Virus record (IMG/VR): IMGVR_UViG_3300034105_004543
Span: 38,337 to 102,336 of that record
Source: a virus
Reading direction: 5' to 3' (one strand)
Length of the DNA: 64,000 nucleotides
Made by a program: the position numbers and the translations under genes. The first letter of the stretch is position 1, and each line of letters starts with the position of its first letter. The notes below the pieces were generated by a model. That model saw only the letters and a list, made by a program, of their open reading frames with translations. It was not told the DNA's origin and made no database searches. This document shows, one piece after another, positions 48,278 through 58,000 of this stretch.

Positions 48278-49144
48278 ATGCAAGTAATTTATAAAATAAA
48301 AAATATTTTGGATTCTAAATTTTATATAGGTAGTTCCATTGATTTCGATAGGAGAAGAGAAAGACATATATATGAACTCAGAAAGGGTATACACGCAAAT
48401 AAACATTTATTGAATGCGTGGAAAAAATTTGGTGAGCCCTCGTTTATATTTGAAATAGTGGAGATAGTAAACGATTCAAAAATTTTATTGGAAAGAGAAC
48501 AGTATTATATCGATACTACGGAAGCTTGCGATTGTAAAATTGGTTATAATATTTCGAAAACTGCTGGCAGCTGGTTGGGCAATAGACATACGGAGGAAAC
48601 TAAAAATAAAATAAGTAAAAAAATATCTGGTACTATACATAGCGACGAATCAAAAAAACTGATGTCAAAAAATAGTCCTAGACTTTCCGGCGATAAGCAT
48701 CCTATGTATGGTATTAAACATTCCGATGAATCTGTGAATAAAATGAAAAATTCTAGTAAAAGAATTTCTGGGTATAATCATCCAATGTTTGGAAAAAAAT
48801 TAACTGATGATCAGATTTGTGTGTTATCTGAAAAATCTTCCGGTGAAAATAATCCCATGTATGGCATTAATGTATATAATACATGGATAGAAAAATATGG
48901 CTATGATATTGCAAAAGAAATGTGGAACGATTGTAATAAAAGAAGATCTCTAAATTGTTTAAATAAAGGAACAAAGGGTGTAATCCAAATGACTATTTTA
49001 GGTAAGTATATTTGTGAATTTATATCATTAACAGAGGCATTTACTAATACAGGAATAAATGTTAGTTCAATATCGCAGGTATGTAAAGGTAATAAAAATA
49101 CCGCAGGCGGATATAAATGGGAATATAAAAATAAAATAAATTAA
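48278..49144 (+). CDS. Free-standing GIY-YIG homing endonuclease with NUMOD3 repeats and C-terminal NUMOD1/HTH
   Basis: 'VIYKIKN....KFYIGSS', catalytic R...H, 'EREQYYID', 'GYN'; repeats 'HTEETKNKIS', 'HPMYGIKHSDES', 'GENNPMYG'; C-terminal 'F.SLTEA...TGI....IS.VCKG...TAGGYKW'. Confidence 0.9.
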   Translation: MQVIYKIKNILDSKFYIGSSIDFDRRRERHIYELRKGIHANKHLLNAWKKFGEPSFIFEIVEIVNDSKILLEREQYYIDTTEACDCKIGYNISKTAGSWLGNRHTEETKNKISKKISGTIHSDESKKLMSKNSPRLSGDKHPMYGIKHSDESVNKMKNSSKRISGYNHPMFGKKLTDDQICVLSEKSSGENNPMYGINVYNTWIEKYGYDIAKEMWNDCNKRRSLNCLNKGTKGVIQMTILGKYICEFISLTEAFTNTGINVSSISQVCKGNKNTAGGYKWEYKNKIN

Positions 49145-49149
49145 ATAAT

Positions 49150-51366
49150 ATGGCAAAAACCCCATTTGTGAGGCCCCTTCAGGTCCAGGGAGGTACATTC
49201 TATAGTTTCTCTTCGTCAGCGGAGGATCTTTCATTTACATTTAATAACACATCCAATAAATTTAGATTCTCTAAATTTGCACTTCTAAACATACCTAATT
49301 TTGATGACGGTACGGGTACCACTGGGGGATTTGCTAATTACGCTAAGCTAAATGCACCTGATAGTGCATTCTTGGATTATGCAAATTCATCTAGAGTAAT
49401 CATAACGGGAAATGGAAATATAGATTTCTCCCAGAGTTTTCAAAGCTATTGCTTGAACCTGGAATCAACCATAACCGGAACCGATGATTATGATTCATCG
49501 CTTAAGCAAAACGTATCGGAGAGAATATTTTTTAAGTGGTTAAAGGAGATTGGTGCTATAAGATGGAGAAATGCAAATAATAGTGAGGTCGCAGGATCAT
49601 TGAATCAGACAATAGTAACATACGATTCTGCTGGTTTACCAGTAACACAAAAAAGATATGCAGAGGGTGATGCTCCTGCAGGTACAACTGGATCTAGAGG
49701 AATGACTGGTGCTGGATATAATAGAGTTGTTCAGTATGTTGGTAATCTTGATATAGTAAATTCTGTAAAAAATTCAACAAATGCATATTCAGAAGTTTAT
49801 GTTTATGTTCCTACCAAAGATGGTAATTCACCCACGGTTTTATTTAAAAATGTGGTTGATACCAATTATTATCCCGATTATCAATGGACTAATAATCCAC
49901 CAAATCCACTTAATGATGAATATCTGCATGGTAGAAATTATGACGAGACAAATCCTAGTGGTCTTACGAACCTTGCTATATTTGATGATGATGTTCTAGG
50001 ATCACCTACATCTTCATACATTGACACCTATACTGGTACATCATATACTGGAAATTGGTATTCACCTAGAGATACAGCAAATACATATTTTACTGATTCC
50101 CAATCGGCATTTACTGATCCTTCAAATTATCTTATAACCAAGAGTGCTAATAATATTGATGTAACCTACGTTAGAAGTAAACTTGATTCAATAGGTATAG
50201 ATTTTGATCCCAACTCATACCAGGGTATAATAGGCAATCCTAATATATCAACACTTGAAGAATTTAATGCAACTGCTGATTCATCGGATTTTGAATTCAA
50301 TGCTATTTTGATATACTATGATGTTTATGATCCTGCTACACCTTCCAATGTGGCTACTAATCTTTATGGTGTACTGTTTATTGATGATGTTAATCTAAAT
50401 AGCGGTGATACATTTATACCTAGACTTCAAAAAAATAGACCAAATCCAGTAACTAAATTAAATGGTAATTCCTATGGATTTAAGATCAATCTTAAATTTG
50501 ATACTGATATAGACCAAACCGGGGTTGAACAAGCTATAAATGATTACTCCCCCTTCTCATTGTCCATGTTTATGGACTCTATGAATGTGTTACAAGACGC
50601 TAGCTCAACATTAAATAATGCTGCAACTGAATTCATAGATCTTAGCAACAGGGTCACTAATTTAGAAAATATAACCCTATCGTCATCGACAACAATCAAT
50701 ATTGATAGAAGAATATCACAACTGGAACAAGCATTTGCAGCTAATCAGGCATTATTTAATAACACTCAAGCGGTAATGGGGCTTATAAATCAGAATTATG
50801 ATTTGGTTAGAGCTATTATTAACAATCAAACTAGTGTTGAAGTAACATATAATTTAGATGTTTTAAAACAAGGTCCGGGTGTCCTCTTAGATAGATCAAC
50901 CCCAAATCAGGTTGTTATCACTAATGCGAGTCAGGATTTTAATATGATAAACACATTAGGAGTTGGTACATTTACACAAAATGGTGATAATACGATAGAA
51001 CTTTTAACTTTCTCCAATTATTATAAACATATAAACAATTCCACTCCATTAACGCTGACTGGTGATTTAACAATAAGAATAGATGACAGTAAAACAAATT
51101 GGAAGAATGGGCAGAGATTTAGATTGTCTTTCGGCGATGAAATATTTCCGGGTAATTACATAATAAATATAGTTACCAATGCCCTTGGTAAATACCCTAT
51201 TTCCAATCCTACAACAAGTGCATATTCCACAATTATAGTATCTTTAGACGATAGTGTATTTTTATCCCAGGAATATGAACCAGTTTTTGATATAGTCTGT
51301 ATAGACGGGGATAATCTCAAATTCCAGGTTGATGTGATAGGAAAAAGTTTAACAAATAATCAATAA
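49150..51366 (+). CDS. Putative baseplate/tail structural protein
   Basis: 738 aa in the structural operon; motif-like blocks 'GGTFYSFSSSAED', 'SERIFFKWLK', 'FEFNAILIYYD', 'NLYGVLF'; C-terminal coiled coil. Confidence 0.55.
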   Translation: MAKTPFVRPLQVQGGTFYSFSSSAEDLSFTFNNTSNKFRFSKFALLNIPNFDDGTGTTGGFANYAKLNAPDSAFLDYANSSRVIITGNGNIDFSQSFQSYCLNLESTITGTDDYDSSLKQNVSERIFFKWLKEIGAIRWRNANNSEVAGSLNQTIVTYDSAGLPVTQKRYAEGDAPAGTTGSRGMTGAGYNRVVQYVGNLDIVNSVKNSTNAYSEVYVYVPTKDGNSPTVLFKNVVDTNYYPDYQWTNNPPNPLNDEYLHGRNYDETNPSGLTNLAIFDDDVLGSPTSSYIDTYTGTSYTGNWYSPRDTANTYFTDSQSAFTDPSNYLITKSANNIDVTYVRSKLDSIGIDFDPNSYQGIIGNPNISTLEEFNATADSSDFEFNAILIYYDVYDPATPSNVATNLYGVLFIDDVNLNSGDTFIPRLQKNRPNPVTKLNGNSYGFKINLKFDTDIDQTGVEQAINDYSPFSLSMFMDSMNVLQDASSTLNNAATEFIDLSNRVTNLENITLSSSTTINIDRRISQLEQAFAANQALFNNTQAVMGLINQNYDLVRAIINNQTSVEVTYNLDVLKQGPGVLLDRSTPNQVVITNASQDFNMINTLGVGTFTQNGDNTIELLTFSNYYKHINNSTPLTLTGDLTIRIDDSKTNWKNGQRFRLSFGDEIFPGNYIINIVTNALGKYPISNPTTSAYSTIIVSLDDSVFLSQEYEPVFDIVCIDGDNLKFQVDVIGKSLTNNQ

Positions 51367-51379
51367 AAAATAAACAAAA

Positions 51380-54300
51380 ATGTCAGGAACACAAAATACC
51401 ATAAGTTCTTTAGTAGCTCAGTTTCTAAGACTTCAGAAGAATTCTCTCGAAATAATGAACGGGTTGAATCAAGTGGCTGTATCAACAAACAATACGGTGT
51501 CAATAGAGGTTCTTGATGAACAGGGTTTACCTAAAACCGCAAATATACCTTCCTATGGATTTCTTAGAGGTGAAATAGATAGATTGGATTCAAATATAAA
51601 ATCTCTTGCAGGAATCGGGGATTCCTCATCGACCGTTAGAAATCCTGATGGAACATATTCTCAGGTTTTTAAAGTGGAAACACTAAAAAATCCACCTAGT
51701 TTATCCAATCTAGCTGTACCTAGTACATTTAGCGTCAAAGACAATTGGTTCTTTGAAAGTTTTTTAAGTCCCCTTCTTTATATAAGCATAAACGTAACTG
51801 GGCAGATAGCAGATGGCGCGGATAGAATAGTCGTTAAAAGGGTAATAGCAAACACACAAACCGATGAGCAGAAATCTTATTTTGATTCTGCTATAAAGGG
51901 AAGAAACGATTTAACATACGATCAATATTTAGCTGCATTAAGTGATAATGGTATAGGCTATTTTGTTGATGAGGACATAGTCCAATTACCGCTAAGAACC
52001 ATAAGATACATTGGAAATTTTGGAGTTATAAGTTATTATGATGATACTGTTACTACGGTGGATCAGAATGGAAATTCATTCCAAGAGACCAGAAGAAACT
52101 ATAAACTCGATAAGATAACATATACTGACGCATCAACAGAGATAAAGGACGGAAAGAGTCTGAATGTTAATGATCAAATATCGACACCAGATGGAAGCTT
52201 ATACAAGATAACTTCAGTGGATAGGGATCAAGCATCAATACAGGCTAAAAGAGTTTCTGGCTATCAGCCTATACAGATAGGTGCGAATAGTATATCCATA
52301 TCATCAACCGACTTTGGACCTAGATATGTCCAAGTAAATGTCGGGTATAATGAAAGACAAGGAGTATTCTTCAAGACCATAGACGATAATTTTAACATTG
52401 TTAGTGCTAATTGGTCAACTGGTGTTGTTTTCTGGAGCAATGAATTAAAAACCAAAAATTCTAAGGGAGAGGTAGTAAATCTTGAAACGTATTATCTCAA
52501 TGAGGTTTCTGATCTGGGTAAGGTTTTCCTTGGCACTGCAAAGGAAAATAGGATTCCTGCCATACAGGGTCTTAGACCTGATGCACCTCTGGTAACTATT
52601 GATAGTTTTAAAGTTGTACAAATAAACAAGCAAGTTACTGATTCAACATCGGTTAAGGTTGTTGAAGATAAATTAAATCTTAAAACCACTCTAAAAAGCG
52701 AAATTGATTCATTGGATCAGTCAATAGCAGGAACCAGACTTGAGCTTAATGCAAGTTTATCCAGATTCGTTACACGCTCAAGAGGTATCCGTAGATTTTT
52801 TGACAATAGATTCGGATTTGATAATGATAACGGTATCAATGTTCCAAATAGAAACTATGATAATATCATAACCAATAGTAATATAACCTCTCCACCAGGA
52901 ACTGACGTTTCCTCAATAAGAGCAAATTTAAACAGTTTGATTGACGAGAGAACGAAGAAAGCTCAGCTATATGCTTCCCTTGTTGATGAGGTTAATGTTC
53001 TTGTTAAGGATGTTCCACAGATAGTTGAACCTCCAAAATATAGAGTTAGAGGATTTTGGCCCTTTCCTGCTCCCAAAATTGATCCAACAACGGGGGCTCA
53101 GGAAGTTATACAATTTAACGTAAAGTATAGATATCTTAGTAATGGTGGTGCTTCACAGCCAGCCGAGCAGATAGAATTTGTTGATAATGACGGTGCAAAA
53201 AAGAATGCGGCATTCTCGAATTGGACTGAGTATAAAACCGATATAAGAAAGAAAAATTATGACGAGACTAAAGGTATCTATGTTTGGTCATCTGAGGTAA
53301 CTTCTGATGCAAATGTGCAAAATGTGAATCAACTCGATATACCTATAACTAAAGGTGAGAGAGTGGAAATACAAATATCATCAGTATCTGAGGCAGGTTG
53401 GCCGGAAAATCCTTTAGTGTCAGATTATTCGGCTTCTGTAATTATACAGTTTCCAGATAATTTAGCAGTTACTGGTGTGGCTGATACTCTTAATGCTAAT
53501 ATTCAGGATGCTGCTCTAGTTCAGATGCAAAGAACACTCGATTCCCAAGGTTTGCCTTCGCATCTTTCGCAACAATTTACAGCGGGAAATAATACATTTT
53601 ATCACGACACCAACGGAATAGCTAGTGGATTTTTTACTAGTTCAGGAACTGTAATAAGTTTATTTGATAAAATAACGGATCTTCAGAATCAGATAACATT
53701 ACTTACTTCTCAATTAAGTAGGGCTAAAGGTGTACTTGAAATTTATATTCTAGATTCAAATAATAATAAGATCAAGGTATCTAAGGGATCTACAGTTAAA
53801 ATAACTTCTGGTTTCTATGCCGATATATTTTCTGATCCCCTTGGGTCTGATGCAGGTAGAACAGCATCATTCACATATAATCTCCAGCTTTTTAATCAAC
53901 AAGCATCGAGTGTTGAACTTGCATCCATTATACCAGGAGGTCTCTCACAGAGAGCTCCATCTACAGTAGCCTCGACTTTTCCTGTCGGTTATAATGATAA
54001 TCTTAGATATGGTGATTGTCCGATTTCAATAACTTCTTTAACGCTGGCTGATCCCTCGATAGCTAGCAATGAATCATTTAGACAAGCTCCTCCTTTTGCA
54101 TCAGCCAATGCTTATTCACAGTATGTGTATCCTAGATTTAAAACTGTTGGTTACGATCAGCCTCTTTATCAGAGTGATCCATCACTAGCTAATTATTTTA
54201 CTAGCTCTTTTGATAATAGTTACAAATACGACGGTAGTGGTAACACTCTAATAACCAATTTCAATATTACAAAAAATGGTACCACCTCAACATATCCACA

Positions 54301-55069
54301 AAATGGCACTTGTATGATTCCGTATGATCCTTCTCCCACTGTAACGCCACCACCTGAATCGGGATCTCCCGTTTCGTCAATCTGGAATGGTACATATAGC
54401 TCTGGAACGGGCGGAACTCCTGTTGGTGGTGGAAATATAACCGAATTCTGTATCCATAAGGATCACCCGTATTTGATTAATATTGGTGCCAGATCAGGTT
54501 ATAATGGATATGCTAGTATGGTTAAGCCATTTGTAGCAGGTGGTAAGGTTTATCCTCCTTTCCGACATACGCAGACATTTTGGGGTGATACAACACTTGA
54601 TTATTATTGGGTACAACAAACATATAGATCTCCAGTAACATTTGCACAGGTATTAACGGATCCAAAAACAGATTCTATGTACTCAGATAAGCTAGGATTT
54701 ACTGTTAATGATCAGTATCTTATAGGTAAATATTCATGTGGCGCATATCTATATCTAGCACCTCAATCATCATCCTCACTACAGGTATCTGGAACAACAT
54801 CTTTATCAACATTATCCCTTGGCACTGGGGAAACTAATGCAATAAATATACCTATAATATTTCAATTTAGAGCAGTTGATAAGCTTGGTTATATTGGGGG
54901 ATGGAGAAAATCAGGAAATTTATCGAATATAACATACACCAAGAAAATTGGTGTTGATTTACAGGTTCTGAATGAAGATTCATTCACATTTGATATACAG
55001 GTTACTGGATCTTATAAAAATGACACGCTGGTTGCTCCTAATTTCGATAGTGGGCTCAGTACTAATTAA
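51380..55069 (+). CDS. Large putative structural protein with coiled-coil segments
   Basis: 1229-aa ORF in the structural operon; 'PKYRVRGFWP.P', 'NQLDIPI.KGE.VEI...S.SEAGWP'. Confidence 0.55.
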   Translation: MSGTQNTISSLVAQFLRLQKNSLEIMNGLNQVAVSTNNTVSIEVLDEQGLPKTANIPSYGFLRGEIDRLDSNIKSLAGIGDSSSTVRNPDGTYSQVFKVETLKNPPSLSNLAVPSTFSVKDNWFFESFLSPLLYISINVTGQIADGADRIVVKRVIANTQTDEQKSYFDSAIKGRNDLTYDQYLAALSDNGIGYFVDEDIVQLPLRTIRYIGNFGVISYYDDTVTTVDQNGNSFQETRRNYKLDKITYTDASTEIKDGKSLNVNDQISTPDGSLYKITSVDRDQASIQAKRVSGYQPIQIGANSISISSTDFGPRYVQVNVGYNERQGVFFKTIDDNFNIVSANWSTGVVFWSNELKTKNSKGEVVNLETYYLNEVSDLGKVFLGTAKENRIPAIQGLRPDAPLVTIDSFKVVQINKQVTDSTSVKVVEDKLNLKTTLKSEIDSLDQSIAGTRLELNASLSRFVTRSRGIRRFFDNRFGFDNDNGINVPNRNYDNIITNSNITSPPGTDVSSIRANLNSLIDERTKKAQLYASLVDEVNVLVKDVPQIVEPPKYRVRGFWPFPAPKIDPTTGAQEVIQFNVKYRYLSNGGASQPAEQIEFVDNDGAKKNAAFSNWTEYKTDIRKKNYDETKGIYVWSSEVTSDANVQNVNQLDIPITKGERVEIQISSVSEAGWPENPLVSDYSASVIIQFPDNLAVTGVADTLNANIQDAALVQMQRTLDSQGLPSHLSQQFTAGNNTFYHDTNGIASGFFTSSGTVISLFDKITDLQNQITLLTSQLSRAKGVLEIYILDSNNNKIKVSKGSTVKITSGFYADIFSDPLGSDAGRTASFTYNLQLFNQQASSVELASIIPGGLSQRAPSTVASTFPVGYNDNLRYGDCPISITSLTLADPSIASNESFRQAPPFASANAYSQYVYPRFKTVGYDQPLYQSDPSLANYFTSSFDNSYKYDGSGNTLITNFNITKNGTTSTYPQNGTCMIPYDPSPTVTPPPESGSPVSSIWNGTYSSGTGGTPVGGGNITEFCIHKDHPYLINIGARSGYNGYASMVKPFVAGGKVYPPFRHTQTFWGDTTLDYYWVQQTYRSPVTFAQVLTDPKTDSMYSDKLGFTVNDQYLIGKYSCGAYLYLAPQSSSSLQVSGTTSLSTLSLGTGETNAINIPIIFQFRAVDKLGYIGGWRKSGNLSNITYTKKIGVDLQVLNEDSFTFDIQVTGSYKNDTLVAPNFDSGLSTN

Positions 55070-55096
55070 TAATAAATAATAAATAATAAATGACAT

Positions 55097-58000
55097 ATGT
55101 CGCAATCAAAACTTTTTGATTATAATTCATCATTTATGGTTATTCGAACAAATCCCAGAATAACTGGAAATTTGAGAATAACTATTGATTCAACCAGCAG
55201 GGTTTCGTTCAATTCTATGAATGCAAATCAAACTCTTAGTAATGATAGATTTAAGAATTTTAATATAAATGGTGAGAATACCTTCGCTCTAGACGTATTT
55301 AATTTTTTTGATAAAGGAAAATTAGAAAGTAATATAATATTTGAGGCAGCAAGATTCACCAGAGGAGACCAGGAAGTTTCAAAGATCTTTTCCGATCAGT
55401 ATGACTTTTTCTACGCTAGCGGGGCATCGGCTTTAGCTGATAAGAACTATAATGAATCATTTAGCTATTTTGCTCCGCTATGGTTAAAAAGCGAAATACC
55501 TGATTATTTTGTTATTTTTAAGGTACCTGGTCCTTTAAGTTATGATTATTCGAAGAACGAAACCTTAATAGAGGAAGGAGTAAGATACAAGACAGTAAAA
55601 AATTATGACAGCGATGACGATTTTATTATATCCTATGGCAAAACCCCAACAGGTGAACCTGTATTTATAAATAGCGGTTCAATATTTACTGGTTCTAGTG
55701 AATATCAATCTTATACAATAACTAGTGGATCTGGTATAGTTTGTGTTTTTGATGAATTGTATAATATAGATCTTGTTGATGATATAGAAACTACATTTAA
55801 GGATAAGATTCTACCCAATTGTTCGGTTATAAAAACATTCGATCTTACTAAAAATTCAAGGATTGGAAACTATATAAGAAATATAGTAAACGATAAAAAT
55901 TTTACGGATTCGCCTATCGATGTTAACTGGGGTCCGAATTCATACACATATTATAACGGTGTTTCTATACGAGAAGGAATATACACAAGAAAGGGCGAGA
56001 TACTTTCGGAGTATTTATCGAGTGATTCATCAGATAGGATGATAGATTTTGAATCCTATATTACTGGTGGATTTTTAAGAAATGGAATTATATCTCCGAA
56101 TTTACTCAATATTGAGTTTCTTTTTGATGATGACGATTCAGATAACTATACAATAAATAGATACTTCGGTATGTATGTTTCTAGAAACGATTTGAATGAA
56201 ATAAGATCCAATGGCGAGTTTTATTATAAATTTAAAGATCTAGAGGGAAATGAGAATCTACCAAAACCAACAAGAGATTCAGTTGGATATTATTATAACA
56301 ACGAGAGCTACGGGATAACTGCCGATTCCGGGGTTAGACTATTTTACGAGAAGAATATTCCCATACCGGATGATGGCATTTATAGTCCCGGAATATTCCC
56401 AGGATCTGATAATGTCAACATATTTGATTCAAGTAAACTTTATTATGTAACTGATAAGGGAGGTAATTTTCACAGTTTAAAAAGAGATGAGGGATATACA
56501 ACACCCGGTGGAAATTCACCAAAATATGCATATGGTCCGTATGATCCATCGAATGAAACCTTTGGAACTACTGGTTCAAATTTTACCTTAACTACAGGAA
56601 GCTTAGTTTTACAGGATACCAAAATAGACCTGCTTGATTTCACCGGTATAACTGAAAAAATATCAACCATACCAGCAACACGTGCAACAACTCCGGGTAG
56701 AGCATACATGGAAATTAATTTTCTAAAAAATTATACACAGCCTAAACCACTTGTGTTCAAATTATATTGGCCTAATGGTACAAGCATAGAAGGAACCAAA
56801 AGATATGATATCATATCCTCAGCCGACCTCTCGGCTGTGCTCGTTTGGATAGATGGTTCGTATTATTCGACTGGATCGTCATTTTACTTTAATGCTGCTA
56901 CCGGGAATCAGAGTGACGCTGCTCTTGCTCTTGCTGGTGTCATCGGCGAGGTTGATACAGTAACGTGGGATGCAGCTGTAAATTTGAATTCCACAGTAAT
57001 ACGTCTGAGAGATTATGGTGAATATGGAAATAATGTTTATTCACTTGGAGTTTTTAGTGATTATGAAAATTTTGTTTCTAGGTTCAGGTGGGAATGGTCA
57101 AATAGTGAAACATATTATTATCTTGACGTTGTTCTCTATATGGATAAATATTATACTCCGGTCTCTACTGTTTATCCCTCATATACATCACCTGAATTGG
57201 ATGATGCCAATTGGGAACCGTATTATAGTTTTGCCGGTGCTGAATATATTGAAATTAATGGACTTGATGCGTCAACTATTAGTGGTACCTCCAAATTTAT
57301 AGGCGGGACAAAAAAGGCGGGAAGCAGATTGATTTTCCAATCCGATTATTTAAAATTTATAAATCCTGGTGATTTTATAAATACTAAATCTGGGTACGCT
57401 AAGGTTAATTCTATAACAAGATATGTTGATAACCCTGAAAGTGACCCAATAAGCGGGAAGGTTACTGGTTTTGAGAATTTTACATATGACTATGTTTTAA
57501 ATATAGATGATAACATAGAGGTTGATTTGGGCTATGATAGGTCATTCAATGTTTATAAATCAGCTAAAATGTTCATAGGTATATTTAGTTTCTTTGATGT
57601 TAAGGAATTTGATTTTGATTTTTGGAGTTCAGATTATGGCTATACCCCGACACCGGAGACCTATAAATATTTTCAAATACCAACTGGTGTAAATGGACTT
57701 ATAAAGGAGAATGTACCATATTTGGTTAAACAGGGTCAGGTTGAATATGCTGGAGAGGTTTACCCACAGCAGGGAGATGATGGTTCTGTCATAAAATCCA
57801 ATCTTTTCTATGGAATTTCTGGATTCACGTCAATAAAAAATGCTAGTCCTGACCTTTTCAAGGAACTCGTTGTTATACCCGCGGAGTATTCGGATATTGA
57901 TTATAACACTTCATCCAATGTTATATACGGAGGAACTGGAAGTCCAGCACCAATTGGGTATAATAAGGATTTTGATGCATTCAACGGATTTATAGGGATT

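Noticed and set aside
48268-49149. Group I intron around the GIY-YIG gene
   Set aside because: Only 10 and 5 nt separate it from complete flanking ORFs, leaving no room for a ribozyme core; it is free-standing.
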